Shown one piece after another: positions 10,261 to 19,983 of a stretch of 64,000 bases of DNA (positions are counted from its first letter, which is position 1; each line of letters begins with the position of its first letter). The DNA is from Prevotella sp. (GTDB taxonomy: Bacteria > Bacteroidota > Bacteroidia > Bacteroidales > Bacteroidaceae), in NCBI GenBank assembly GCA_050873125.1, contig JBNMIE010000001.1:17878-81877 (forward strand), written 5' to 3'. The position numbers and the translations under genes were made by a program. The notes below the pieces were generated by a model that worked only from the letters and a program-made list of their open reading frames with translations, was not told where the DNA came from and ran no database searches.

Positions 10261-11829
10261 ATGAAAAAGACATTTGCTATCCTTCTGCTCTCAGCCACAT
10301 GTGTGCTGTCTGCCCAAGCGCAAGACGCCACAGCCACCATTCACGTGAACGACGGCAAGCAAAAGATATACAAAGAGATTTACGGACAATTTGCCGAGCA
10401 CCTCGGCTCCTGCATCTATGGAGGACTCTGGGTGGGCGAAAACTCACCGATACCCAACATCAAGGGTTACCGCAAGGATGTGTTCGAGGCACTCAAAGAC
10501 TTGCAAGTGCCTGTGCTGCGCTGGCCAGGCGGCTGCTTCGCCGACGAATACCACTGGATGGACGGCATCGGCCCGAAAGACAAGCGGCCCAAAATGCAGA
10601 ACAACAACTGGGGAGGCACCATTGAGGACAACTCCTTCGGAACCCACGAGTTTCTCAACCTCTGCGAGATGTTGGGCTGCGAGCCTTATATCAGTGGAAA
10701 CGTGGGAAGCGGCACCGTGGAAGAACTTGCCAAATGGGTGGAATATATGACCAGCGACGGTGACACGCCAATGGCCAAACTCCGCCGCCAGAATGGCAGG
10801 GAGAAATCATGGAACGTGAAATTCCTCGGTGTGGGCAACGAAAGTTGGGGATGTGGCGGAAGCATGCGCCCCGAATACTATGCTGACCTCTACCGCCGTT
10901 ATTCCACCTACTGCCGCAACTACGACGGTCACCAGCTCTACAAGATAGCCAGCGGTGCCAGCGACTATGACTACAACTGGACCAAGGTGCTGATGAACCA
11001 AGTGGGCAACCGCATGAACGGCATCAGCCTCCACTACTACACCGTGAGCGGATGGAATGGCAGCAAAGGTTCCGCCACAAAATTCGGCAAGGACGACTAC
11101 TATTGGACGCTCGGCAAGAGCTTGGGCATCGAAGACGTGATCAAGAAACACGAGGCCATCATGGACCAGAAAGACCCGAAGAAGAAAATCGGATTGCTCG
11201 TCGATGAATGGGGCACATGGTGGGACGAGGAGCCTGGCACCATCGCCGGTCACCTCTATCAGCAGAACTCCATGCGCGATGCCTTCGTGGCAGCACTCAC
11301 CCTCAACGTGTTCCACCGCCACACAGACCGCATCCGCATGGCAAACATCGCCCAGGTGGTCAACGTGCTGCAATCCATGATTCTCACAGACCAGAAGGGA
11401 ACCGGCCACATGGTGCTCACTCCGACCTATCATGTGTTCAAGATGTATAAAGGATTCCAAGAAGCCACCTATCTTCCTACGGATGTGAAATGTGACAGCA
11501 TCGATGTGCGTGGTGACTCACACGCCAAAAACGGCCGCAAGATTCCTTTGGTCAGCGTGTCAGCAGCCAAGCAGAAAGACGGAGCGGTCATCGTATCCCT
11601 CGTGAACATCAGTTTGGACAAGCCTTCTGAGATTATCCTCCACCTCGACGGCGTGAACAAGAAGACCGCCACAGGAGAACTGCTCACTTGCCAAAACGTG
11701 AGCGACTTCAACGACTTCGATCACCCGGATGTGGTGAAACCCACCGTGTTCAAGGGAGCGAAAATCAGCAAGGGCGACGTGAAAGTGAAAGTACCCGCCA
11801 AGTCAATTGTCGTGTTGACGCTCAAATAG
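10261..11829 (+). CDS. Alpha-L-arabinofuranosidase, GH51, with signal peptide
   Basis: YGQFAEHLG, LRWPGGCFADEYHW, GNESWG, DEWGTW and MANIAQVVNVLQ motifs. Confidence 0.95.
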   Translation: MKKTFAILLLSATCVLSAQAQDATATIHVNDGKQKIYKEIYGQFAEHLGSCIYGGLWVGENSPIPNIKGYRKDVFEALKDLQVPVLRWPGGCFADEYHWMDGIGPKDKRPKMQNNNWGGTIEDNSFGTHEFLNLCEMLGCEPYISGNVGSGTVEELAKWVEYMTSDGDTPMAKLRRQNGREKSWNVKFLGVGNESWGCGGSMRPEYYADLYRRYSTYCRNYDGHQLYKIASGASDYDYNWTKVLMNQVGNRMNGISLHYYTVSGWNGSKGSATKFGKDDYYWTLGKSLGIEDVIKKHEAIMDQKDPKKKIGLLVDEWGTWWDEEPGTIAGHLYQQNSMRDAFVAALTLNVFHRHTDRIRMANIAQVVNVLQSMILTDQKGTGHMVLTPTYHVFKMYKGFQEATYLPTDVKCDSIDVRGDSHAKNGRKIPLVSVSAAKQKDGAVIVSLVNISLDKPSEIILHLDGVNKKTATGELLTCQNVSDFNDFDHPDVVKPTVFKGAKISKGDVKVKVPAKSIVVLTLK

Positions 11830-11910
11830 ACCGGCAATAATTTTGCAGATAAATGGAAAACGACTAACTTTGTAAGCAAGTTAGGATAATCTAAAAAAAC
11901 AACATATAAC

Positions 11911-13923
11911 ATGAACGACAAGAAATTAATGAATCATGCTGCGGACAACATCCGCATCCTGGCAGCCTCAATGGTTGAAAAAGCAAAGTCCGGTCATCCC
12001 GGCGGCGCAATGGGTGGAGCCGACTTCATCAATGTGCTTTTCTCCGAATTTCTCGTATGGGATCCTGAAAACCCATCATGGGAAGGCCGCGACCGCTTCT
12101 TCCTTGATCCGGGCCATATGTCTCCAATGCTCTATTCCGCATTGGCACTGCAAGGCAAGTTCACCCTCGATGAGCTGAAAGAGTTCCGCCAGTGGGGCTC
12201 ACCTACTCCCGGACACCCGGAACGCGACATCAACCGTGGCATTGAGAATACTTCCGGTCCGCTCGGACAAGGACACACATTTGCTGCCGGTGCAGCCGTA
12301 GCAGAGAAATTCTTGGAGGCACGCCTCGGCCATGAAGTGATGCAGCACAAGATCTATGCCTACATCTCTGACGGTGGTGTCGAGGAAGAGATTTCACAGG
12401 GCACCGGCCGCTTGGCAGGCATCCTGGGACTCAACAACCTCATCATGTTCTATGACTCCAACGACATCCAGCTTTCCACAGAGTGCAAGGCAGTGATGAA
12501 CGAGGATACCGAAGCCAAATACCGTGCATGGGGATGGAATGTGGTGGTTATCAACGGCAACGACGCTGATGAGATCCGCAAGGCACTCAGCGACGCACAG
12601 AAAGAGCAGACCCATCCTACCCTCATCATCGGCAAGACCATCATGGGTAAGGGTGCCCGTCAGGCCGACGGCTCAAGCTACGAGCACAGCATCAAGACCC
12701 ACGGCGCACCACTCGGTGGCGAGGCTTACGTGAACACGATCAAGAATCTCGGCGGTGACCCGGAGAATCCGTTCGTCATCTTCCCCGATGTGGCCAAGCT
12801 CTATGCTGACCGTCGCGAGGAACTCAAGAAGATTGTGGCAGAGCGCCACGCTCAGGAAGAGGCATGGGCAAAAGCCAACCCGGAAAAGGCTGCCCTGATG
12901 AAGGAATGGTTCAGCGGCAACGCTCCAAAGGTGGACTGGACCGCTGTGGTACAGAAGGAAGGCAGCGCCACTCGTGCAGCTTCGTCCGCATGTCTCGGTG
13001 TGTTGGCAGAGCAAGTGCCCAACATGATTTGCTCTTCCGCCGACCTCTCTAACTCTGACAAGACCGACGGATTCCTCAAGAAGACACACGCACTCACAGC
13101 TGACGACTTCAGCGGTGCATTCTTCCAGGCAGGAGTCAGCGAGCTGACCATGGCCTGCATGTGTATCGGTATGTATCTCCATGGCGGTGTGATTCCTGCC
13201 TGCGGAACATTCTTCGTGTTCTCAGACTACATGAAACCAGCCGCGCGTCTGGCAGCCTTGATGGAAGTGCCAATCAAGTTTATCTGGACTCACGACGCAT
13301 TCCGTGTCGGCGAGGATGGTCCTACCCACGAGCCTGTGGAGCAAGAGGCTCAAATCCGCTTGATGGAGAAACTGAAGAATCACCACGGCAAGGACAGCAT
13401 CCGAGTGTTCCGTCCTGCTGATGCCGACGAGACCACCGTATGTTGGGCTATGGCCATGGAAAACATGAGCACTCCTACAGCGCTCATCTTCTCTCGCCAG
13501 AACATCGCCAAACTGCCTGCCGGCACAGACTATGAGCAGGCCCGCAAGGGTGCCTACATCGTGGCTGGTTCCGACGACGACTTCGACATCATCCTCCTCG
13601 CCAGCGGTTCTGAGGTTTCCACCCTCGTAGCTGGTGCAGAACTCCTCCGCAAGGATGGTGTGAAAATCCGTATCGTCAGCGTTCCTTCCGAGGGCCTGTT
13701 CCGCTCACAGAGCAAGGAATATCAAGAGAAGATTCTGCCTACCGGCAGCAAGATCTTCGGTATGACCGCAGGTCTCCCTGTCACTCTTGAAGGTTTGGTT
13801 GGCGCCAACGGCAAGGTATGGGGCATGCCAAGCTTCGGATTCTCAGCTCCTTACAAGGTGCTCGACGAGAAACTCGGTTTCACCGCAGAAAACGTATACA
13901 AGCAAGTGAAGGAAATGCTTTAA
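11911..13923 (+). CDS. tkt: Transketolase
   Basis: SGHPGG, RDRFFLDPGH, TPGHPE, SGPLGQG and GEDGPTHEP motifs. Confidence 0.97.
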   Translation: MNDKKLMNHAADNIRILAASMVEKAKSGHPGGAMGGADFINVLFSEFLVWDPENPSWEGRDRFFLDPGHMSPMLYSALALQGKFTLDELKEFRQWGSPTPGHPERDINRGIENTSGPLGQGHTFAAGAAVAEKFLEARLGHEVMQHKIYAYISDGGVEEEISQGTGRLAGILGLNNLIMFYDSNDIQLSTECKAVMNEDTEAKYRAWGWNVVVINGNDADEIRKALSDAQKEQTHPTLIIGKTIMGKGARQADGSSYEHSIKTHGAPLGGEAYVNTIKNLGGDPENPFVIFPDVAKLYADRREELKKIVAERHAQEEAWAKANPEKAALMKEWFSGNAPKVDWTAVVQKEGSATRAASSACLGVLAEQVPNMICSSADLSNSDKTDGFLKKTHALTADDFSGAFFQAGVSELTMACMCIGMYLHGGVIPACGTFFVFSDYMKPAARLAALMEVPIKFIWTHDAFRVGEDGPTHEPVEQEAQIRLMEKLKNHHGKDSIRVFRPADADETTVCWAMAMENMSTPTALIFSRQNIAKLPAGTDYEQARKGAYIVAGSDDDFDIILLASGSEVSTLVAGAELLRKDGVKIRIVSVPSEGLFRSQSKEYQEKILPTGSKIFGMTAGLPVTLEGLVGANGKVWGMPSFGFSAPYKVLDEKLGFTAENVYKQVKEML

Positions 13924-13940
13924 GCATTGTCCGCTATATA

Positions 13941-13979
13941 AAACCTTTCGCAGGCCCTCAAGCCCTGCGGAAGGTTTTT
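13941..13979 (+). terminator. Terminator after tkt
   Basis: aaacctttcgcagg/cctgcggaaggttt stem followed by T residues. Confidence 0.8.
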
Positions 13980-14068
13980 CAGTATTCATCCCGTTATCGC
14001 TCGCCCACACCGACAGGCTGTTGTGGGGGAAGCGAAAACATCACTAACCTTTTAAAACTTTAAGGCTT

Positions 14069-14512
14069 ATGGAAATCAAAAAAGTAGGTATTGCCAGCGA
14101 CCACGCAGGCTTTGCATTGAAGAAGTTTGTCATTCAGTATCTCGAAGACCACGGCTACCCATACAAGGACTATGGAACATACAGCGACATGAGTTGCGAC
14201 TATCCTGATTTCGGCCATGCTTTGGCTGAGGGTATCGAGAGTGGCGAGGTCTATCCCGGCATCGGCATCTGTGGCAGTGGTGAGGGTATGGCCATGACAC
14301 TCAACAAGCATGCTCAGGTTCGCGCCGGCCTTTGCTGGACACCGGAGATTGCCCATCTCATCCGTCAGCACAACGACGCCAATGTGCTCGTGATGCCCGG
14401 TCGTTTCATCGACAACACGACTGCAAGCAAAATCATGGACGAATTCTTCCATACCACTTTCGAAGGCGGACGCCACGAAAGAAGAGTTGAAAAGATTGCC
14501 ATCGCCAAATAA
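14069..14512 (+). CDS. rpiB: Ribose-5-phosphate isomerase B
   Basis: SDHAG, DYPDF, ICGSGEG, HNDAN and FEGGRHERR motifs. Confidence 0.96.
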   Translation: MEIKKVGIASDHAGFALKKFVIQYLEDHGYPYKDYGTYSDMSCDYPDFGHALAEGIESGEVYPGIGICGSGEGMAMTLNKHAQVRAGLCWTPEIAHLIRQHNDANVLVMPGRFIDNTTASKIMDEFFHTTFEGGRHERRVEKIAIAK

Positions 14513-14537
14513 GAGCGTGGGATAATCTTATCCGCAT

Positions 14538-14573
14538 AAAAAAGGATTGCACTTGGCGGTGCAATCCTTTTTT
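14538..14573. terminator. Rho-independent terminator
   Basis: aaaaaaggattgcac/gtgcaatcctttttt stem. Confidence 0.9.
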
Positions 14574-14703
14574 ATGTTTCATCTTCTCTATAGCAAAGCT
14601 GTAAATAAGGTTATAGCTTCTGTAATTCTTATACCCGTTATCCGCATTTATTTCCGTAACTTTGCACCGTGTATATTTTCCTTTAACCCAAAAGCAAGAA
14701 AAG

Positions 14704-15828
14704 ATGAAAACAATGTGGATGATGATATTCCTTGTGTTGCCCGTCATCGGACTGGCTTACGTGTTGTGGCACATTTGGCAAATTCTGCCGTTTGCCAATC
14801 TTTGGCGCTGGACGGCTGTGGTGGTAGCGGTGCTGTTGTTCTTCTCGATGTTCCTCGGCTTTTCGGGAGCGATAGAGAAGATGCCGCTGAATATGGCAAC
14901 GTGCGTCTATGAGACAGGCAACTCCGTGATTTTTATTCTTCTCTATCTTGTCATGCTGTTTTTGGTGCTCGACTTGGGACGGCTCGTCCATCTTGTGCCC
15001 AAGTCGTGGCTGTTCAGCAATAGCTATACCTCCCTTGGAATATTCGTCGTCATGACAGCCATCTTCGTCTACGGCAACATACATTATTATCACAAGGTGC
15101 GTGTGCCACTTGAGATAAGCACCAACAAGAACATCGGCAACAAGTCGCTGAAGATTGTGCTCCTCAGTGACTTGCATCTCGGCTACCATAATCGCCGTGC
15201 GGAATTCCACCGATGGGTCGACCGCATCAATGCCGAGCATGCCGACCTAATCTTGGTTGGCGGCGACATCATCGACATCAGTGTACGTCCACTCCTTGAG
15301 GAGCACGTGGCAGAGGAGTTCCACCGCCTCAACGCTCCCGTTTACGCTTGTCTCGGCAACCATGAGTACTACAGCGGAGAACCGAAAGCACAACAGTTCT
15401 ACAAGGATGCCGGAATCACTTTGCTCCGCGACAGTGTGGCAAAGGCAGCGGGCATAAGCATCATCGGCAGGGACGACCGCACCAACTTGCGCCGTAAGCC
15501 TTTGTCGGAACTTATGCGCGGCGTCAACCGGAACAGCGACTTCACCATTCTTCTCGACCATCAGCCCTATCATCTTGAGGAGGCCGAGAAAAACGGCGTC
15601 GACTTCCAGTTCAGTGGCCACACCCACTATGGGCAGGTTTGGCCCGCCTCATGGATTACCAATGCCGTTTATGAGGATGCCTTTGGACCGTTGCAGAAAG
15701 GTGCGACACAATATTACGTCAGTTCGGGCATGGGCATTTGGGGCGGCAAGTTCCGCATAGGCACACGCTCTGAATATGTCGTGCTTACGGTTTCCCGAAC
15801 TTCACAAGCTTCATCAGTTCCGCATTGA
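14704..15828 (+). CDS. Membrane-anchored metallophosphoesterase (YkuE-like)
   Basis: N-terminal TM helices; SDLHLG, GGDIID, GNHE, LDHQP and SGHTHYGQ motifs; TAACTTTG promoter near 14657. Confidence 0.9.
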   Translation: MKTMWMMIFLVLPVIGLAYVLWHIWQILPFANLWRWTAVVVAVLLFFSMFLGFSGAIEKMPLNMATCVYETGNSVIFILLYLVMLFLVLDLGRLVHLVPKSWLFSNSYTSLGIFVVMTAIFVYGNIHYYHKVRVPLEISTNKNIGNKSLKIVLLSDLHLGYHNRRAEFHRWVDRINAEHADLILVGGDIIDISVRPLLEEHVAEEFHRLNAPVYACLGNHEYYSGEPKAQQFYKDAGITLLRDSVAKAAGISIIGRDDRTNLRRKPLSELMRGVNRNSDFTILLDHQPYHLEEAEKNGVDFQFSGHTHYGQVWPASWITNAVYEDAFGPLQKGATQYYVSSGMGIWGGKFRIGTRSEYVVLTVSRTSQASSVPH

Positions 15829-16537
15829 CCTTGTCGTTCATTTGCACATCCGGATCGAGCAATCCTCGGATGGAGTAATCACATTCACCGCACACGTCAA
15901 CACCGATGAGCCGATTGTGGCGCAGGAGCGTGACGAGCAGGCGTTTCAGTTCGGGTAATGTTGTGATGCCCTGATCCCAATTGGTCGGGTCGTCGGTTGG
16001 AGAAAGTACATCCTTGTCCACAGACACATAGATTGGCAACTTGAAGTGCATGTCGTAGAACGTGAGCCAAGCCTGTCTGTCGTGCAGCTGCGACTCAGGG
16101 AAGCATACTACACGGCTTGCGTATTCCTCGGGGATGTTGGCTATCAGCTTGTCGGAAGTGCCGACAAGCACCACCTTCTCAAGGTTTTTATTCGTGTCGA
16201 TGACGCTCTTCACCCAGTCACCGCACGTGAGAATCTGCTCGAACAGAGGCAGTTGCATGTCAGGATGATGGTCAAAGACCACGAGCACAAACCTCTCCTT
16301 GATCTTGTCTGTGAAGAATCGTGAAACATAGTGGTAGTTGCCCGAGTCGATGAAGTGCAGTCCATGCGCACTTACATCCTGCAGCCGGTGACGTATCTCC
16401 GCAGCCGCCTCGTCGTCGCAGAAGCAGTCGGCACCGCTGATGTCGCTGCAGTCAATCCATTCCGCCCCGACCTTCTTGTAAAAGTTCTCCTCCTCATACA
16501 CATTGGAGAAGTTCATGACAACAATCTTTTTCTGCAT
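15785..16537 (-). CDS. Arginase/ureohydrolase-fold protein
   Basis: SGNYHY, FDHHPD, SVDKDVL and GVDVCGE motifs. Confidence 0.75.
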   Translation of the reverse strand: MQKKIVVMNFSNVYEEENFYKKVGAEWIDCSDISGADCFCDDEAAAEIRHRLQDVSAHGLHFIDSGNYHYVSRFFTDKIKERFVLVVFDHHPDMQLPLFEQILTCGDWVKSVIDTNKNLEKVVLVGTSDKLIANIPEEYASRVVCFPESQLHDRQAWLTFYDMHFKLPIYVSVDKDVLSPTDDPTNWDQGITTLPELKRLLVTLLRHNRLIGVDVCGECDYSIRGLLDPDVQMNDKVNAELMKLVKFGKP

Positions 16538-16627
16538 TTGTGTTTTCTCTTTATTATCCTTTCATTTACCTTACAAATAATGTGCCAACAAGCCAGACCA
16601 TTACTGGTGACAGTGGAGGAAATAGCG

Positions 16628-17515
16628 TTAATTTCTCGCACGAAATTCCATAGGCGACATATCCATGATCTCCCTAAACTTACGGTTGAAATGAGAGAGT
16701 GTGTTGAATCCGCAATGATAGGCAATTTCAGAAATGGAACGATTGGATTTATGAAGCATTTTGCAAGCCGTTTCTATCCTCAAATGTATGAGATATTGAA
16801 AAATAGTCTCACCTGTATTCTTCTTGAACTTTCGACAAAGTGCCGTGGCATTTGCCCCGAGCAAGAGGGACAAGCTTTGAAGATCAATATCACTCCGATA
16901 ATTCACTTTGAGATATCGTTTACATTTTTCCACCACGGCTTCCAGACTTTCTTTTTCCGGCACTTCACTGAGATGACTAATAGTCGTGCTCGATTGCAGT
17001 TCCCTGCCTAAAGTATCCAACAACTGAAGCAGAAGACACAAGCGCTGAACTCCGCTTGATTGATGAATAGAAGAAAAGAGTGAAAAGTTTTTCCCTTGAA
17101 AAGCGCTTTGCACCGAATTCGGATGAAAGAGCAAGCCTCCCAATGACTTGTTGAGCAAGGAAGAAATAAAATGGTAATCGCCAATTTCTTGCATTCCTTG
17201 AGGAAAGAGGTTTTGTTTGAACTGTATCAATATGCCTTTGCATGGCACTCCTGAACACGCTTCAATTTTATGAGGCAATTGGGGACCAAGCATCAAGATG
17301 TCACCCGAAGAATATTCATGGACAACTTCATCTATCGTGATGTTCACCTTACCTTCCTCGAGAAACATCAGTTGATAGTCCTCATGACTATGATAACGCT
17401 CATAGCCATGTTGAGTGTTGTCGTCCATCTGCGTGCCCAAGCTATTGTAGGTGGAACGAATCGCAGACTTTCCGTCATACACGATTTCCCTATATGTAAA
17501 ATCTCGCTGCACCAT
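16628..17515 (-). CDS. AraC-family transcriptional regulator (cupin + HTH)
   Basis: YHSHEDYQL cupin motif; C-terminal ISEIAYHCGFNTLSHFNRKF...SPMEFR. Confidence 0.92.
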   Translation of the reverse strand: MVQRDFTYREIVYDGKSAIRSTYNSLGTQMDDNTQHGYERYHSHEDYQLMFLEEGKVNITIDEVVHEYSSGDILMLGPQLPHKIEACSGVPCKGILIQFKQNLFPQGMQEIGDYHFISSLLNKSLGGLLFHPNSVQSAFQGKNFSLFSSIHQSSGVQRLCLLLQLLDTLGRELQSSTTISHLSEVPEKESLEAVVEKCKRYLKVNYRSDIDLQSLSLLLGANATALCRKFKKNTGETIFQYLIHLRIETACKMLHKSNRSISEIAYHCGFNTLSHFNRKFREIMDMSPMEFRARN

Positions 17516-17544
17516 GTTTTTTGTTTTATTCCATGAAGTCTGTC

Positions 17545-17606
17545 AATATACGCATAACATTTGCAAATATACGCATATTTTAATGAAGTACAAAGTCGTA
17601 CCTTTG
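17545..17606 (+). promoter_or_regulatory. Tandem AraC-type direct repeat and -7 promoter box of the cyclase gene
   Basis: AATATACGCATA at 17545 and 17566 (21-bp period); TACCTTTG at 17599-17606. Confidence 0.65.
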
Positions 17607-17660
17607 CATCCGACAAATAATAACATTATTTAGTTTATAAATCCATTAACAATTAGTGAT

Positions 17661-18257
17661 ATGAAAACGATAGACATTACGACTTGTGTTTCTGCGGAGC
17701 TTTTGGCAAAAGCCCACCAGAACTTGAATTTGGCATTCAATGGCCATGTGGGCACCCACTTTGATGTGATGAACAAGGTGTTTCCTCTGGAGTATATGGA
17801 ACTCGACGGAGTGGTGTTTGATGTGACGCACTGCTTGGGAAAGACGGACAATGAAACTTCCATGGATGAGATTGGCGTGTCTGATATAGACTTGGATGCG
17901 GTGAAAGAAGGCATGTTTGTGGCGTTCCATACAGGCTATATTGAGCAAGAAGGCTATGCCACGAAAAAGTATTTCACGAAGCATCCACAACTCTCCTTCG
18001 ACTTGATCCATGCCTTGCTCGACAAGCACATCCACATCATCGGAGTAGATTTCGCAGGTGTCCGCAACGGCAAGGAGCACACTCCTACCGATCAACTGTG
18101 TGCCGACCAAGGAGTGTTCATCGTCGAGAATCTCTGCAACCTTGCCTCTGTGCTCGCTGGGAAAAAGCAAGTGGTGTGCAAGATTGGCACCTACCCCGTA
18201 AAGTTCGAGGGACAGACCGGTTTGCCCTGTCGGGTTGTCGCCAGAGTTGAAGAATGA
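17661..18257 (+). CDS. Cyclase family (kynurenine formamidase-like) metal hydrolase
   Basis: GHVGTHFD, FHTGY, IGVDFAG, IVENLCNL and GLPCRVVA motifs. Confidence 0.85.
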   Translation: MKTIDITTCVSAELLAKAHQNLNLAFNGHVGTHFDVMNKVFPLEYMELDGVVFDVTHCLGKTDNETSMDEIGVSDIDLDAVKEGMFVAFHTGYIEQEGYATKKYFTKHPQLSFDLIHALLDKHIHIIGVDFAGVRNGKEHTPTDQLCADQGVFIVENLCNLASVLAGKKQVVCKIGTYPVKFEGQTGLPCRVVARVEE

Positions 18258-18415
18258 AGCCATGAGTCGCCCATGAGTAAACGATTGCGTAAAAATTCTT
18301 GATGTGATGTGGTTGGGGAGTAGGATTTTTTTCGTAATTTTGTAGCTGAATGGCGAAAGCCATATTTATTATTAGGTGAACACGCCCTTGGGCGGGCAAT
18401 AAATAGGTAAAAAGA

Positions 18416-19888
18416 ATGAAACAAACAAAAATTGTCGCTTCGGTCAGTGATTTGAGATGTGACCAGGACTTCATCCGCAAGCTCTTTTTGGCAGGCATGA
18501 ATGTGGTGCGTATGAACACAGCGCACGCCACTTCTGACGGTTTGCGAAAGATTATCAGCAATGTGAGAGCTGTCTCTCCCCATATCGGTATCATGATTGA
18601 CACCAAGGGTCCGGAAGTCCGTACCACGGGCATCGCAGCTCCCATTGAATTCCATACGGGCGACGTGGTCAAGATTTTCGGCCGTCCCGAGATGGATTCC
18701 GATCACGAGATTCTCAATGTGTCTTATCCCAACATTACGGAAGACGTGAAGGTGGGTGACGACTTGTTGCTCGATGACGGTCTGATTGACATGAAGGTCA
18801 TCGAGAATACAGGTCCAATGCTTGTTGCCGAGGTGCAGAACGACGGTGTGCTCGGTTCCCACAAGAGTGTGAACGTGCCGGGTGAGCATATCGACCTGCC
18901 CGCTCTCACAGAGAAAGACAAGCGCAACATCCTGCTCGCCATCGACGAGGACATCGACTTCATTGCCCACTCTTTCGTCCGTTCCAAAGAGGACGTGATG
19001 GCAGTGCAGAAGATTCTCGACGAGCACAACAGCGACATCAAGATCATCTCCAAGATTGAGAACCAGGAAGGTGTGGACAACATCGACGAGATTATCGACG
19101 CTTCCTACGGCATCATGATTGCCCGCGGTGACTTGGGTATCGAGATTCCTATCGAGGAGATTCCTGGCATCCAGCGCATGATTATCCAGAAGTGCGTGCA
19201 GAAGAAGAAGCCGGTGATTGTGGCAACACAGATGCTTCACACGATGATCAACAATCCTCGTCCTACACGTGCCGAGGTGACCGATATTGCCAACGCCATC
19301 TATTCCAATACGGATGCTGTGATGCTGAGTGGCGAGACGGCTTCGGGTAAATATCCCGTGGAGGCTGTTCAGACCATGGCCCGCATTGCCGAGCAGGCTG
19401 AGAAAGACAAGCAGTTGGGCTTCGTGCGCACCTTTGACATTCCGTTGAGCGACAATTGCGACCAGCGCGAATTCTTGGCGAAGAGCGCCATCGAGGCCAC
19501 AAGAAAGTTGGGTGTAAAGGGTATCATCACCGACAGTGAGACCGGACAGACCGCCCGCAACCTTGCCGCATTCCGTGGTCCTAACCCCGTGCTTGCCATC
19601 TGCTATCACGAGAAGTTGCAGCGCTTGCTCAACCTCAGCTATGGTGTGACTCCTATCTATCAGAAGAAGCACATCTCCTCACAGTATATCTTCCTTGCGG
19701 CTATCCGCATGCTTCGCCAGAAGGGCTATCTCGGTCTTGACGACAAGATTGCCTACTTGAGCGGCAGCTTTGGCACGGGTGGCGGCACCACGTTCCTCGA
19801 AATCAACAAGGTTAGAGAGGTGTTCGACAAGTCTTACAAGTTCCACTTGCCGGATGTGACGGAAGTGACAGACACAATCAGCGAATAA
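18416..19888 (+). CDS. pyk: Pyruvate kinase
   Basis: RMNTAH, DTKGPEVRT, KIENQEG, IARGDLG, ATQML and MLSGETA motifs. Confidence 0.97.
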   Translation: MKQTKIVASVSDLRCDQDFIRKLFLAGMNVVRMNTAHATSDGLRKIISNVRAVSPHIGIMIDTKGPEVRTTGIAAPIEFHTGDVVKIFGRPEMDSDHEILNVSYPNITEDVKVGDDLLLDDGLIDMKVIENTGPMLVAEVQNDGVLGSHKSVNVPGEHIDLPALTEKDKRNILLAIDEDIDFIAHSFVRSKEDVMAVQKILDEHNSDIKIISKIENQEGVDNIDEIIDASYGIMIARGDLGIEIPIEEIPGIQRMIIQKCVQKKKPVIVATQMLHTMINNPRPTRAEVTDIANAIYSNTDAVMLSGETASGKYPVEAVQTMARIAEQAEKDKQLGFVRTFDIPLSDNCDQREFLAKSAIEATRKLGVKGIITDSETGQTARNLAAFRGPNPVLAICYHEKLQRLLNLSYGVTPIYQKKHISSQYIFLAAIRMLRQKGYLGLDDKIAYLSGSFGTGGGTTFLEINKVREVFDKSYKFHLPDVTEVTDTISE

Positions 19889-19901
19889 GGTTTTTGCGAC
19901 T

Positions 19902-19950
19902 ATATACAAAACGAGGGTGGGTCCAACAGACTCACCCTCGTTTCGTATAT
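19902..19950 (+). terminator. Terminator after pyk
   Basis: atatacaaaacgagggtgggtc/gactcaccctcgtttcgtatat stem. Confidence 0.85.
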
Positions 19951-19983
19951 GGCATTCACTTGCCCGAACTTATAATGAAAATG

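Noticed and set aside
18191-19672. Long antisense ORFs (493 aa opposite pyk; similar ones opposite rny, pdxS, rfbA and others)
   Set aside because: These are shadow frames caused by biased codon usage in highly expressed genes and have no recognisable motifs
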